From: Pirellulales bacterium
GTDB taxonomy: Bacteria > Planctomycetota > Planctomycetia > Pirellulales > PALSA-1355
Length of the DNA stretch: 64,000 bases
Assembly: GCA_963733035.1 (NCBI GenBank)
Contig: CAVTBU010000003.1
Span: 1-64,000, forward strand
Direction of reading: 5' to 3'
Position 1 is the stretch's first letter. The number at the start of each line of letters is the position of its first letter. The position numbers and the translations under genes were made by a program. The notes under the pieces were generated by a model. That model did not search any database. It was not told where the DNA came from and saw only the letters and a list, made by a program, of their open reading frames with translations. Shown piece by piece: positions 62,779-64,000 of the stretch.

Positions 62779-64000
62779 ATGAAACAGGTTGATCGCGGAG
62801 GCGGCTGGCCGGCCGTCCGGTACACGCTTGCGAAAGCCTTCGAGGTCGGCGGCATCTACAAGTTGTGGAATGCCATGCGCTCGAAGAACGCATGCAAGAC
62901 CTGTGCCTTGGGTATGGGCGGGCAGGCGGGTGGCATGGTCAACGAGGCCGGACACTTCCCCGAGGTGTGCAAGAAATCGCTTCAGGCGATGGCGTCAGAC
63001 ATGCAAGGCGCCATCCGCGACGACTTCTTCGAAACCTATTCGCTGCCGCAGCTGCAGGCTTTTACGCCGCGCGAGTTGGAAACCTGCGGACGGCTGACGG
63101 CGCCGATGATTCTGGAACGGGGTTCGCAGTATTATCGGCCACTTGGCTGGGATGATGCGCTAGGCCGCATTTCCGCGACGTTGGCCAAACTGTCGCCGGG
63201 TGAAACCTTCTGGTACGCCAGCGGCCGCAGTTCGAACGAGGCCGGTTTTTTGTTGCAACTCATGGTGCGAATGTACGGCACCAACAACGTCAACAACTGC
63301 AGCTACTACTGCCACCAGGCTAGCGGCGTGGGGCTGACCAGCGCGGTCGGCGTGGGCACGGCTACCGTTTCGCTGGACGATATCGAAGGTGCGGACCTGG
63401 TGTTCGTGATCGGTGGTAATCCGGCCAGTAATCACCCCCGACTATTGCGCACACTGGCCAATCTTCGTCGCAAGGGCGCTGAGGTGATCGTCATCAATCC
63501 GGTTGTCGAAACCGGGATGGTCAATTTCGGTGTCCCGAGCGACGTGCGGAGCCTGCTGTTCGGTTCGCCGATCGCCAGTCTGTATGTGCAACCGCATATC
63601 GGCGGCGACCTGGCGCTGCTGGCCGGCATTGCCAAGCGGATTGAGGAAGTTGGCTGCACGGACGCGAATTTCCTCGAGTATCACTGTGAGAATTGGCCCG
63701 AACTGCGCGACCACTTGCGATCGCTTGGTTGGGACGAAATCACAACCAAATCGGGCATCGATCGAGCGACGATCGACGAGATCGCCAAACGCTATGCGGC
63801 TGCCAAGCGAGTCGTCTTCTCCTGGACGATGGGGATCACGCATCACGTGCACGGCGTGCAAAACGTGCAGGCCATTGCAAACCTGGCGCTGATGCGCGGC
63901 ATGGTCGGTAAGCCGCATTGCGGGCTGTTGCCGATTCGTGGCCATTCGAACGTGCAAGGCATGGGGTCGATCGGTGTGACTCCGGCGCTGAAAGACGCGG
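62779..64000 (+). CDS. FdhF/YdeP family molybdopterin oxidoreductase (runs off the window)
   Basis: MKQVDRGGGWPA...CKTCALGMGG...YASGRSSNEA...NNCSYYCHQASG...PIRGHSNVQG; not in the ORF track because it has no stop in the window. Confidence 0.92.
   Translation, partial: MKQVDRGGGWPAVRYTLAKAFEVGGIYKLWNAMRSKNACKTCALGMGGQAGGMVNEAGHFPEVCKKSLQAMASDMQGAIRDDFFETYSLPQLQAFTPRELETCGRLTAPMILERGSQYYRPLGWDDALGRISATLAKLSPGETFWYASGRSSNEAGFLLQLMVRMYGTNNVNNCSYYCHQASGVGLTSAVGVGTATVSLDDIEGADLVFVIGGNPASNHPRLLRTLANLRRKGAEVIVINPVVETGMVNFGVPSDVRSLLFGSPIASLYVQPHIGGDLALLAGIAKRIEEVGCTDANFLEYHCENWPELRDHLRSLGWDEITTKSGIDRATIDEIAKRYAAAKRVVFSWTMGITHHVHGVQNVQAIANLALMRGMVGKPHCGLLPIRGHSNVQGMGSIGVTPALKDA

Overview
64-kb GC-rich bacterial window, very likely from a planctomycete (Pirellulales-like). 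Support: tmRNA tag AEDNFALAA, SpoVG with a Zn-ribbon insert, PQQ-like propeller proteins, and 'LExRxLL' and 'RWSLRTL' N-terminal motifs. Most of it is core genome: ssrA, uppP, lysS, two lolC/E-like genes plus lolD, ilvE, ispE-spoVG, purL-purQ, tyrA, rsgA, hflX, aroA and a 3'-truncated FdhF/YdeP gene. About 14 genes carry apparent small frameshifts that look like long-read errors, most of them at GCGC. An accessory island (~10.4-17 kb) holds a full-length IS5-family element, two IS-end remnants, a RAYT fragment, REP-like AAAGGGGAC motifs next to the IS ends, and a short run of small genes each bounded by a repeated ACCCACTACC-type site (candidate cassette array). Other points of interest: a Cache-sensor HCD Ser/Thr kinase beside an FHA class III cyclase with guanylate-cyclase-like specificity residues, an orphan PEP-CTERM micro-ORF, a modular GH18 chitinase, and a flippase/GT2/GT-C-like glycosylation trio. 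All calls come from reading motifs by eye; no searches were run.
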